A program made the position numbers and the translations under genes. This document shows positions 8,374 through 18,200 of a stretch of DNA of 34,590 nucleotides, one piece after another. The stretch lies in contig JAURMD010000058.1 in NCBI GenBank assembly GCA_030830875.1, positions 1-34,590 of the forward strand, written 5' to 3'. The notes under the pieces were generated by a model that was not told where the DNA came from, did no database searches, and saw only the letters and a program-made list of their open reading frames with translations. Source of the DNA: Thermoplasmatota archaeon. GTDB taxonomy: Archaea; Thermoplasmatota; Poseidoniia; Poseidoniales; Poseidoniaceae. Numbering within the stretch: the first letter of the stretch is position 1; each line of letters starts with the position of its first letter.

Positions 8374-10935
8374 TCAGGCGTCGTCCGATGGTTCCTCGGA
8401 GGTCGCAGAGGGGAGGCGCAGGGGGCGCAGTGTGTGCACCGGTTGCAAGACCGTCGGAACCTGATCGGCGGCGACGCCGAGCACTGGCATGGCGGGCTTC
8501 AACCGTGCCGTGGCGGCGGGACCTCCAGCGGGCTGCATGGTTCGGATGGGTTGCAGGACTGGAGCATCAATCGGGATCGCATCGATGGTCGCATCGGGTT
8601 GAACCTTTGCTTCTTGGATGTCAACCTCAACGGTCGAATCAAGAACGCCTTGGACTTCCTCCATCATGTCCTCAAGCAGTTCCGCTTCAAGTTCGTCGGA
8701 CACCGCCATCATCTGGTCTTCAATGGAACCAGGAACTTCGGGTTCGGCCACAAGCTCGACCACGTCGACCTCGGTCTCGGATGTTTCAACGTCTGAAACC
8801 TCCACCTCAGGCTCGGGCATGTGAACGTCTGGAACCTCCACCTCAAGCACGGAGGCAGGGGGATCGAGTTCCGTCGCATGCTCCAAGGTTTCGAGGGCGT
8901 TCCCGACCGGTTCGCGCACAGGAGCGACGACCGGTGACTTGACCTGCTTCACGGGCTTGAAGATCGGTACCGGAGCAGAGGGGGCAAGGGTGCGAACCGT
9001 TGAGGTGGGGGCGCGCATTCCGGCGAGGCCCATCCGCGCAGGTTGCGCTTCGGCCGCCTGAGCAAGGGCCGTTAACGACGAACGACCAGCCGATGCGCCA
9101 AGGGCGTCGGGCCGTGCTCCGAGCGTACTGGCGTCTGCGGTTGCACCGAGGCCACCAACGCTTTGACCGGATATCGAGGAGAGCCACTGCTGCCTCTTGT
9201 CCATGCGTGCATCCGTGTCCTGAAGGCGAGCGAACTCGGCCTCTCGCTCTGCAAGGCGATCCTCTTCGCTGGCGACTTCACCTTCCACTTGCGAGGTGAT
9301 GCTCTCGCGCATGCGTTCCTCGGCCATGGCCTTGAATTCGTCCATCTTCTTGGAGAGCCCGGCTATACGGTCGCGTATTTCTGCACGCTTCAGCCCAAGT
9401 TGGCCCTCGATTTCTGCACGGATCCGTGCTTCCTTTCGACGCACGTCGATAAGCGCCTTGTTGCGCATGATTTCCTCACGCTTGTCCAACTGGCGCTCAA
9501 GTTGCGTGGCCACCTCGTCCATCTTCCGTTCTCGGAACGCGTTGAGACGTTCCTCCATGTCGAGTTCGAGTTCAAGCACCGTTTCCTCCTTGAGCAGGTC
9601 AAGGTCGGTGTCCCACGACAGCCGTTCATTGCGAAGGCTCGAATCCACCTCGGAGAGGATCGCTTTGCGTGCTGCAGCTTCACGGCTCTGGAATTCGAGT
9701 TCAAGTCGTTCGGTCCATTCCGTTCGCTTCGCCGCGTACTGCTCTTCGAGTTCAGCACGAATCTCTGCTTCTCGCTCGTAGCGGAACCGGGCCAACCGAT
9801 TCTGAATCTCGGATTCTCGCGCTGCTTGATAACGAGCGTAATCGTCCTCGTTCCGCTGTTCGAGGTCGGCTTCAACCTGAAGACGGAGCGCTTGCTCTAC
9901 CTCCTCCACTGCGTTGCCGTAGGTCAAATCGTAGCGCTCACGGAGGCGTGATTTTCGGTCCGCCAGTCGTTCGGAGAACTGCTGTTGGAGTTGAACCTCC
10001 ACCTCCCTTCGAAGTTCGTCGCGTCGACGTGCGATGGAGAGTTCAACGTCTTCTCGCATTCGAGCCTCAAGCGCCTCGGTCTCCCGGCGAAGGCGCTGTT
10101 CAAGTTCCTCCTGAATTTCGACCGCCAGGTTCGCCTCAAGCCGTTGGCTCCGGCGAGCGTATTCGGCACGAAGCGCCGCTTCACGCAGGCTCAGGCGCTG
10201 GCGAAGTTGTTGTTCAAGCCTCGTGCGGATGCCATGCCGCAGTTGGGATTCGCGCTCCGCAAGTTGCGCGTCTTGCTCATCCCGAAGGCGGGTGAGTTCG
10301 GCATCTTCCAAGGCAACAAAGCGCTGATTCATCTCCTCCTGAAGTTCCTCTTCGAAGGCCTGAATCCGTCGATGGAGGCGCTGGCGGTGCTCAAGATCAA
10401 GGCGTTGCCGCATCAGCTCCACACGCTGCTGATGCTCCTGCTCGAGCTGTTGGCGAAGGTCTTCGGCGAGTCGGTCGCGCTCCTCTTGCATTCGTCGATC
10501 GGTTTCCACTTCGAAACGCTGACGAAGGACCTCCAGTTCTCGTGAGAGCCGAGCCTCATATTCGTCACGCAAACGTGCTTCTTCGCGGGCAAAGGCCTCA
10601 CGACCTTCCTGAGCAAGCTCGGTCTCCATCGCTTCACGAAGTTCACGTTCAACCTCGGTGAGGGTTCGCTCACGATGCAGTTCCAAACTCGTCGCGAGGT
10701 TGGCTTGTTGGGCCTGCACGCGTTCTCGTAGTTCCGAATACCGAAGGCGACGTTCTCGCTTGAGATCGGAACGTAGGCGGTCTTCCGCACGGTAGCGCGC
10801 ACTCACACCAGCCTCGTCGTCGGTCGTCGTCGACGCCGCCCGAGTGAATTGGCCGCGAAGGGCGGCGAGGCTTCGCCGATCGTCCCCAGAAGCGAGGCGC
10901 CGGGGGAAAGGGCCCTCTGCATCGTTCACGACCAT
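8374..10935 (-). CDS. Long E/R-rich coiled-coil protein with acidic low-complexity C-terminal tail
   Basis: About 550 residues of Pro-free, almost Gly-free E/R/L/Q-rich helix, then a Pro/Glu/Val-rich tail; no Walker motifs and no TM segment. Confidence 0.8.
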   Translation of the reverse strand: MVVNDAEGPFPRRLASGDDRRSLAALRGQFTRAASTTTDDEAGVSARYRAEDRLRSDLKRERRLRYSELRERVQAQQANLATSLELHRERTLTEVERELREAMETELAQEGREAFAREEARLRDEYEARLSRELEVLRQRFEVETDRRMQEERDRLAEDLRQQLEQEHQQRVELMRQRLDLEHRQRLHRRIQAFEEELQEEMNQRFVALEDAELTRLRDEQDAQLAERESQLRHGIRTRLEQQLRQRLSLREAALRAEYARRSQRLEANLAVEIQEELEQRLRRETEALEARMREDVELSIARRRDELRREVEVQLQQQFSERLADRKSRLRERYDLTYGNAVEEVEQALRLQVEADLEQRNEDDYARYQAARESEIQNRLARFRYEREAEIRAELEEQYAAKRTEWTERLELEFQSREAAARKAILSEVDSSLRNERLSWDTDLDLLKEETVLELELDMEERLNAFRERKMDEVATQLERQLDKREEIMRNKALIDVRRKEARIRAEIEGQLGLKRAEIRDRIAGLSKKMDEFKAMAEERMRESITSQVEGEVASEEDRLAEREAEFARLQDTDARMDKRQQWLSSISGQSVGGLGATADASTLGARPDALGASAGRSSLTALAQAAEAQPARMGLAGMRAPTSTVRTLAPSAPVPIFKPVKQVKSPVVAPVREPVGNALETLEHATELDPPASVLEVEVPDVHMPEPEVEVSDVETSETEVDVVELVAEPEVPGSIEDQMMAVSDELEAELLEDMMEEVQGVLDSTVEVDIQEAKVQPDATIDAIPIDAPVLQPIRTMQPAGGPAATARLKPAMPVLGVAADQVPTVLQPVHTLRPLRLPSATSEEPSDDA

Positions 10936-11051
10936 CCCATCCCAGCGGCAAAGCCGCTAATGACGCCACATCCGCGTCTTTTCATACATAAGGTGAACGA
11001 TGACGAAGGCCCCGCAGCCCTCCGGTTTGAAAGGGCCGCTTTCGAGCCGGT

Positions 11052-11444
11052 TCAGAAATTGATGGCAAATCCAGTGTCGCAGGCAGGGCAGGAGATTTCC
11101 CTTCGTCCCGGCCGGCGGTTCATGCGCAGGCGACGGTCGCAACTCGGGCAAGCCACTTCGATCTTCGCCTGCTTCGGCGTGATGAGAAACTCTTCGCTGC
11201 AGGAGCCGCATCGGAGCAGGGCAGGGCGGTCTTCAACACCGGCAACCAAGACTTTGCTGCAACCTGGACAGGCGACCTTCTCTTCAGCCCACGCCCGGCG
11301 CGTCCCGGGATGATCAACACGCACCCGCGCATCGCACAACACACACGTCAGCTCACCCAAACCCATGGGAAGCATCCCCTTGCATCGGGGACAACTGAGG
11401 ACAGGGGCCTCAACGGAGGATTCGACCTCCTTTCGCTCGTCCAT
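11052..11444 (-). CDS. Triple zinc-ribbon protein (six CxxC motifs)
   Basis: CPRC/CVLC, CPGC/CGSC and CPSC/CPAC pairs; ATG 11444 lies just downstream of the ATPase stop. Confidence 0.8.
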   Translation of the reverse strand: MDERKEVESSVEAPVLSCPRCKGMLPMGLGELTCVLCDARVRVDHPGTRRAWAEEKVACPGCSKVLVAGVEDRPALLRCGSCSEEFLITPKQAKIEVACPSCDRRLRMNRRPGRREISCPACDTGFAINF

Positions 11445-11475
11445 GCAGAGAGCATGAGGTTCCCCCTCTTGGAGT

Positions 11476-14118
11476 TCACGACGACCAACGCGCAGCAACG
11501 AGGCGCAACGAGATTCGAACATCGTCCATCAAGGCCTTGAACGTGCCTCGAAGGAGGTCGGCCCACCCGTCCGAACCTGCAAGGCGGGCTCCGTTCAGGA
11601 TGACGACGATCACCGACATCTCGTGCACAAGGACGCCGACCCACAATTGATCGTACCACCCGTTGATCACTGCGAAGACGAGCACGACGGTCACGCCGAT
11701 GGAGAACATCAGGTTGAATGCTAACGTACGCTGAGCGGATCGTGCCATCTGAACGAGGGTCGAGATCATCCGGGGATCATCGCCGGGGATGAGCACGTCC
11801 GCCGCATCGAGGTTGACTTGTTCCCCTGTGCCGACCGCTACCCCGACGTCTGCCCTTGCGAGGGCTCCAGCATCGTTGAAGCCGTCACCTACCATCATGG
11901 TGACGTGGGTCTGACCACGCTCTTCCACGAAGCGAACCTTTTGTTCAGGAGATAGTCCGCCGTGCGCCGCTCCCGCCGGCATTCCAACTTTCTTCGCAAA
12001 AGCGTCGACGGCCGATTGGAGGTCGCCAGAGAGGATTTCGACGTTCACGCCTTGCCGATACAGCGCCTGAACGAGGCCATCTGCTCCTTCCCGGCCATCG
12101 TCATGAACGAAGGTCAGGAGAGCGTGTGCCTCCGTCCCTCGGCACAGCACGCTCACGCCGTGACCGGATTCGCTCGCTTTCCGAAGGCCCTCTTCTAATT
12201 CGTCGCACAAACTCACGCCCTTCGGCAAGGAATCGGGTCGATGCAAACCCACGTCATCACCGCGGTATCGCCCAACCACGCCAGCGTTCACGTCGCGTAG
12301 GTCACTCACTGTTGTGGGATCGATGCCTTCGGAGGCAAGCAGGTCCTGTACGGCCAGCGCATAGGGATGCGACGAGCCCGCTTCCAATCCACCTACGAGG
12401 CGAAGCACGGCCTCACGTCGCCTTCCCTTCGCAAGGTGGACTTCGCCTACGGTTGGCCTTCCGCTCGTCAACGTCCCTGTTTTGTCCAGCAGCACGTGGT
12501 CCACCTTGGCCATCCGTTCCATCGCCTGTCCACCGGTCACAATGGCGCCGAGATGCGCAGACCGGGCGAGCACGGCGGCGTGCGGCACAGGCGCAGCCAG
12601 CAGCAACGCACAGGGGCAGGCAACCACCCAAAGCAGGAGCATCAATTTCCAGTTCGTGCGGTCGACGAACCACCAGATGGCGACGCTTCCGAACAGCACC
12701 AGGGGGACCCAGATGGCGGTGAAGCGCTCGATGGACCCTTGCAGTCGAGGTGGCTCCTCTCGGAAGGTGTGCACGGCCTCAATGAGGCCAGCGAGACGGG
12801 TGCCGTCTCCCGTTGCTGTCACCTCAACCTCGACGGGACCCCTGTGGAGCACAAGTCCGGCGCTGAGGTCATCGCCAACCTGAACGTCGACAGGCACGGA
12901 TTCGCCCGTCAGTGGTGCCGTGTCAAGGCTCCCGCTACCTTCGACAATCCGACCGTCGGCTGGGATCAACTCACCAGAGCGAATCTGGAGCCGGTCCCCG
13001 ACACGCACCGCATCGATGGGAACGTCTTCCCAGTCATGAGGGGAAGCAAGGTGAGGCGTCGTCATGGTGGGGGCGGATTCCGTAGCGAGCGTGAGCCGAA
13101 CGCCCTTCCCGATGCGCTTGGGCGGGGCCGTCGACCGCCGCGCCGTTCGTGGAAGGCGGTCGAGGCCCCCTTGCATGGCTTCGCGGGCACGAACAAGGGC
13201 ATCCCCCTCGAGGTGTTGGGTGAACGCCACAAGAATCACAACGATGAGCGCCTCTTCCCACATCCCGAGGATGACCGCCCCGAACACAGCCAACGAGGTC
13301 AGCACCTGAAATCCGACCTGACGTTGACGAAGCCCTGCAACGGCCTCAGACACCATTTCAGCACCTCCTGCTACGACCCCCATCAACGAAACAACAGCCA
13401 CGAACAGCGGACCTGCTCCCACCGCCTCTAGCAAGAGCACCAACGGAAGGATCAACGTCGCGACCGTGCCTCCTACGAGGCGCCGCTGGTCGGGGCGAAG
13501 GCGCTCTGAAGACGTCGCCCGATACACAGCAGAACGCCCAAGCAAACGGCTGATTGCTTCGTCTCGGTCACGGATGAGACCGGAGGGGGCGTCAGGCACG
13601 AGTTGGAGCAGCACACGATCATCGCGCGTCACCTCTGCGTCGAGCACTCCGGGTTGACGACGAAGCAAACGATCGACTCGGGACACGGGAATTCCGTGCC
13701 TGGTCGCCAATTCCCGTGCGGATACACCCTTCAACTCCTGATGCCTCACGTCAGGCGCGTGCCCAAGCGACCTCAGCACACGAGCAACCTCAGCCACCGA
13801 GCCAAGAGCGAGGTCGACCTCAACCCGAACTTCACCGCTTGTCGGAGAAACGATGGTGGACCCCACCTGCTCAAGGTGTCCGAGTGCGCGCGTAGCTTTG
13901 GAGGCGCAATCGGGACAATCCATACCGACCAGAGGCCATGCCATGATGTGGGTGCCCGATGCGTCGAGCAAAATTTCAGCGTCCAGCACGTCCATGGGAA
14001 CGGATGGCGTTTCGCTCGGTGCGCTGGATACGGCATGGGGAGCAAGAGAAGGCCCAGGTTCAATCGCCGGGCCGGTGGACGTTCCAATGGCGATGAAGAC
14101 CTCGTTTTCCTCGCCCAT
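11476..14118 (-). CDS. Heavy-metal-translocating P1B-type ATPase (ZntA/CadA-like)
   Basis: HMA motif GMDCPDC, TGES, transmembrane CPC, DKTGTLT phosphorylation site, SSHP, GDGFNDA. Confidence 0.95.
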   Translation of the reverse strand: MGEENEVFIAIGTSTGPAIEPGPSLAPHAVSSAPSETPSVPMDVLDAEILLDASGTHIMAWPLVGMDCPDCASKATRALGHLEQVGSTIVSPTSGEVRVEVDLALGSVAEVARVLRSLGHAPDVRHQELKGVSARELATRHGIPVSRVDRLLRRQPGVLDAEVTRDDRVLLQLVPDAPSGLIRDRDEAISRLLGRSAVYRATSSERLRPDQRRLVGGTVATLILPLVLLLEAVGAGPLFVAVVSLMGVVAGGAEMVSEAVAGLRQRQVGFQVLTSLAVFGAVILGMWEEALIVVILVAFTQHLEGDALVRAREAMQGGLDRLPRTARRSTAPPKRIGKGVRLTLATESAPTMTTPHLASPHDWEDVPIDAVRVGDRLQIRSGELIPADGRIVEGSGSLDTAPLTGESVPVDVQVGDDLSAGLVLHRGPVEVEVTATGDGTRLAGLIEAVHTFREEPPRLQGSIERFTAIWVPLVLFGSVAIWWFVDRTNWKLMLLLWVVACPCALLLAAPVPHAAVLARSAHLGAIVTGGQAMERMAKVDHVLLDKTGTLTSGRPTVGEVHLAKGRRREAVLRLVGGLEAGSSHPYALAVQDLLASEGIDPTTVSDLRDVNAGVVGRYRGDDVGLHRPDSLPKGVSLCDELEEGLRKASESGHGVSVLCRGTEAHALLTFVHDDGREGADGLVQALYRQGVNVEILSGDLQSAVDAFAKKVGMPAGAAHGGLSPEQKVRFVEERGQTHVTMMVGDGFNDAGALARADVGVAVGTGEQVNLDAADVLIPGDDPRMISTLVQMARSAQRTLAFNLMFSIGVTVVLVFAVINGWYDQLWVGVLVHEMSVIVVILNGARLAGSDGWADLLRGTFKALMDDVRISLRLVAARWSS

Positions 14119-14214
14119 GCCTTCTCCTTCCGTTCGGGCCTCATCAATACTCGCTCAACCGTGATGAGTCAACGGCACCGAAGGGGCCAAGGAGGACCGG
14201 TGTAAGGTGAGTCC

Positions 14215-14928
14215 ATGAAGTGGCTCCCGGACGGTTGGGTTCCACGCCTCGTCGCCGTCGACATTGATGGCACGTTGACCGATGAACAGAAGCGACTCGA
14301 TTTATCTGCAGTAGCGGCGTTGCGTGACCTCGAGGCGGCGGGCATTCCCGTTGTGCTGTGTACCGGGAACACCCGAGCCATTGCCTACGGGCTTTGGCGC
14401 TTCATCGGGCTCAGCGGTCCAATGGTCTGCGAGAACGGCGGCGTGGTGTGGTTCAGCGACGACGACGTCGTGCTGCGCGCTGATGCAGGTGAAGCACGCG
14501 AGGCGTGCGAGTGGCTGTCCTCACGCATCGATGGTCTCGACCCGGCTGGAATCACAACCAACGCATGGCGCGAATCGGAATGGTGCCTCAAAACGGAAGA
14601 AGACGTTGATGCCATCACAACGGCGTTGAAGACCTCGCCATGGCCTCACCTCCAAGTGGTTCGAACAGGGTTCGCTATTCACGTGATGGATCCTTGCCTG
14701 TCGAAGGGGGCGGGCTTGGAGGTTGTGCTTGAGCGGCTCGGACTTCAGGCCGAAGACCTCCTCGTCGCTGGAGATGCTCCGAATGACCTCTCCATGTTCG
14801 CGTTGGCACGCTGGTCCGTCGCCGTCGGCGGTGCGTTCCCCCAAGTGCAAGCTGCCGCCTCCGTGGTTTCTCCCCATCTGCATGGCTCAACCTTCTCGCC
14901 GCTGGTGGCGGAGATCTTGGCGCAGTGA
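14215..14928 (+). CDS. HAD-superfamily (Cof/TA0175-type) phosphatase, phosphoglycolate phosphatase-like
   Basis: VAVDIDGTLT, LCTGN, CENGG, SKGAGL and AGDAPNDL motifs; SD AGGTGA. Confidence 0.88.
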   Translation: MKWLPDGWVPRLVAVDIDGTLTDEQKRLDLSAVAALRDLEAAGIPVVLCTGNTRAIAYGLWRFIGLSGPMVCENGGVVWFSDDDVVLRADAGEAREACEWLSSRIDGLDPAGITTNAWRESEWCLKTEEDVDAITTALKTSPWPHLQVVRTGFAIHVMDPCLSKGAGLEVVLERLGLQAEDLLVAGDAPNDLSMFALARWSVAVGGAFPQVQAAASVVSPHLHGSTFSPLVAEILAQ

Positions 14929-14977
14929 TGCCCGAGGGGTGACTTGATAACGCATCGGCACCGCCCCCGGCTCGCAC

Positions 14978-15061
14978 GCGGGGATCGCCAAGCTTGGTCA
15001 ACGGCGCTGCGTTCAGGTCGCAGTCCTCAACGGTTCGCAGGTTCGAATCCTGCTCCCCGCA
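14978..15061 (+). tRNA. tRNA-Leu(CAG)
   Basis: Acceptor GCGGGGA/TCCCCGC + A; anticodon arm CTGCG-TTCAGGT-CGCAG; long variable arm; T-arm GCAGG-TTCGAAT-CCTGC; no encoded CCA; TTGATAA box at 14944. Confidence 0.95.
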
Positions 15062-15141
15062 CTCCCTGAACTTCAGAGCCTCTTCGCAGGCTCGATACCT
15101 CTCCTCCGACGAACGTGCTCCCGCTCACCTCACGCGATAGG

Positions 15142-15223
15142 TGCCGGGAGCAGGATTCGAACCTGCGAAGGCGTAGCCAGCGGATCTTGAGTCCGACCCC
15201 TTTGACCGCTCGGGAATCCCGGC
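15142..15223 (-). tRNA. tRNA-Leu(CAA)
   Basis: Minus strand: acceptor GCCGGGA/TCCCGGC + A; anticodon arm CGGA-CTCAAGA-TCCG; variable arm GGC-TAC-GCC; T-arm GCAGG-TTCGAAT-CCTGC. Confidence 0.95.
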
Positions 15224-15250
15224 CCGTTCCTGCGGTAGACCACCTCGTTT

Positions 15251-18200
15251 TCATTCTTCCTCGGAGAACGGAGGTGGCGCTGGTCGAGATGGCGGGGTGT
15301 CCGATGGGCGTTGAGCGTTGGCGAGCCAGAGGCTGACCACCGCCAGCACGACCGCGATCGCCCCAAGCCCTACCCATGCAGCGCCTTGCCCTTCGCGGGA
15401 GGTGGAGGCTACGGACACGTCAGCCAATGGAACCGGAACGTCAACGGCACCGACATCGAGCGTCATTCGAAGGCCAAGGTCGCCTTCACGCCACGCTTCC
15501 GCACTCCAAACCAGACGCTGGCGCTCGCCCGGTTCCAACCAGACTGAAGCCTCATTGAGCAACTGACCATCGTCGTCAAACATGCGGACGGTCACGTTTC
15601 CTGCCAGCACGCCTGCATTTGCCACTTCGAAGGCCACATCGATCATATCACCGACCTGAGGCCGGTAGGGTGCGGCCACCAGGGAACTCAAGACCGGTTC
15701 AAACGCCACCCAACGCATCGTAACAGGAATCGGTTCAATGGATGTACCTTGCCCGACAAGGGGCCTTCCTGAGGCATCGGCCGCACTGAACCATAGCTGC
15801 CATGCATCGCCGCTCCGAAGGTCGAATTCGACGGTGGGGGTCATGTTCAACATCGCAGCGTGACGAGTTGAGGCGCCATCGATGGTGACGAACTCAAGCG
15901 CTTGGAATCCCTTCGCTGCGTCCATCGCCCGTCCCTGCCGAAGCAAGACCCAATGGGCGACCACGCCTTCAACAATGAGGGACTCGATGTCCGTGACCGT
16001 CACCTCCACGGGGACGGCATCGAGGGCATCGCTGTCCACAGCGAGCGACCGGACACCACCTAGGTCAAGACGAGGGGCGTGTACATCGATGCTGACGTTC
16101 CACGACAAGGTCAGGTTGCCAAAGGACCATCCGTCGATCATCACCTCAAACTGGCCCGTGGTTCGAACCCATACGGAAGGGTCGAAGGCGATTCGGAGTT
16201 CTGGAGTTCCATCATCAGGTACGTCGATACTTCCGCCAGTTACCCGGGCGCCATCGGTCATCGACCATTCAAGGTTCACTGCACCAGGCAATTTCTGGGC
16301 TGGGAGCGTCGTCCCCTCATGGAACAGAGCCAAGCGAACATTCACCACATCACCTCGGTCGACATGGATCACGTCCTGCACAACGCCACCTGTCGGTGCG
16401 GTCGTGTCCACGATGTCCTCCAAGGAGAGCGTCACTTCGGGTCGGGCAGTCCATGCGAGTGGGGCAATTCGGCGCAAACCAAGGCCGAGGTCCTGCCCTT
16501 CGTCTCGCACCTGCAGGGACGGCTGGAAGGTGCCGTCCTCCAACCCGGCGACGAGGTCCCAACGAAGACGGAAGCCGACTTCAACCTCCCATGTCGAAGG
16601 ACGGGTCTGCAGGATGGTGACGTCGGGAGCTCCATGGAAGCAACCCGCATCGGCAGTCGTTTCGTTCGCTCGAGGGCGATGCACAACGACGCAGGATGCT
16701 TCATCGGCCCCAAGAAGGCCGAATTCGAAAGCATCGAGGCTTTCGATTCCGTTGGCGTCCACGAGGTCGAATCCAAAGACGTGCCTTGAGCCGGGGAAGA
16801 GGCGCCCGTTCACCGAATCCATTCGAAGGCGCTCGGTCGGCACCGACGTGGGGTACCGAGGTTCAAGACGCACTTCTGCAAGAGGGAGACCTGTTTTGCT
16901 GCCACCTCCGACGAGGGCTTGTCCTGCGATGTCTTCGCCGTTCACGACGAGACGGATTCGGCCAAGTGCACCGCCGTCCTCGATGACGTCTTCCGCGTCA
17001 ATCAACGGCAAGTCGAGTTCCACGACGGTGCGGCCTTCGGCGACGGGAACAACAACCGCAACCCACTCATTCTCGTCGCTCAATCCATCCCTGTTGGCGT
17101 CGTCCCTCGCCTCAAGCCACGTCCATACCGTCAGGGGTGAAGCGAATCCAAGATCGTCCTCCGCCATCAACACCAGCGCGACGTCGCTGTCCGCTGGCGC
17201 GACGTGCCCATCTGCAGGTTGGCGACCTCCCGGGTCAAGCACTTCAACGGACATCAACGTTGGAGGCGAAGCGTCATGCACGAGGGTGACGTTGGGCACT
17301 TGGCCGCGCAATTCGCACGTCAACGAAGGTGAGGCAATCGGCCCACAACGCTGCACTTCAATGCCAACCTGGAGGGAGGCGCCTCCAGCCACAGCAGTGG
17401 CTGCAGGAGACGTCAGGTTGGCGGTGAACCAACCCTCATCTTGCACGTCCACCGTCGAGCTGTCGCTCCACCCGCTTCCTTCGAGACGAACGAGAAGGCT
17501 CGCATCGTGGGCAGAAGGGAAGCGCTGAGCCAATCCTTCCATCCGGAGTCGACCCGTCACAGTGAGCGGTGTTTCAGGGGCCACTTCGAACGGCCACAAG
17601 GGCGAAGTCCAATCATGCAGTTGGCGCCCTCTGTCGTCCACCACGATGAGCACGTCAACCTCGAGGTCGTTTTCGACGTCGTTTCCGGTGACCGTCATTG
17701 AACGCTGCACCGGACCGGTGGCGAAACCGTCCTCATCCTGAGCCTCGGTCCACCAGATCAACTTCGCCACGTCATCAAAGGCCCAGGTGGAGGTCAACCG
17801 CCACTCGATCCGGCATGACGTTCTGTCGCACGACGAGGTGGACGTGGCCTCGAGTGCAGCGAAGCCTGCCCCTGCGTCCTGCCTGAAGACTGGCGTTGCC
17901 TCGTTCAGACGTTCCACATGAACGGTGCCGACCGCCGTTCCAACGTTGGGCCCAAAACTGAGCATCGCGGTGCGAAGGGCAGGCACCGAGGCGGCAGCAT
18001 CGCGTGGATCTTCCCGTCGATGCTCAGTGACCACCGTCACCGTTTGACCGGGGGTCCAACTTGTGACCGGTACCGCCACAATCTGTTCGTACAATCGGCT
18101 TTGGCTCTCAAGGTGGAGCGCGACGTCCACAGCACCTCGGTCGGTGCTGACCCACAGTTCAAGCGAATGCTGGGCCGATGGGAGAAGGGAACGCCTCGCC

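Noticed and set aside
8374..10935. SMC/Rad50 annotation for the coiled-coil protein
   Set aside because: No Walker A/B, signature motif, hinge or zinc hook.
11000..11060. Possible C/D box sRNA (ATGACGA resembles box C)
   Set aside because: No CTGA D box at a suitable distance and no clear C-prime/D-prime boxes.
15882..17528. 548-aa plus-strand ORF inside the giant surface gene, and similar long antisense ORFs (12367-13431, 21219-22259, 32186-33088)
   Set aside because: These are low-information translations (often Ser/Thr/Arg-rich) typical of off-frame reading in high-GC DNA, and they overlap well-supported genes.
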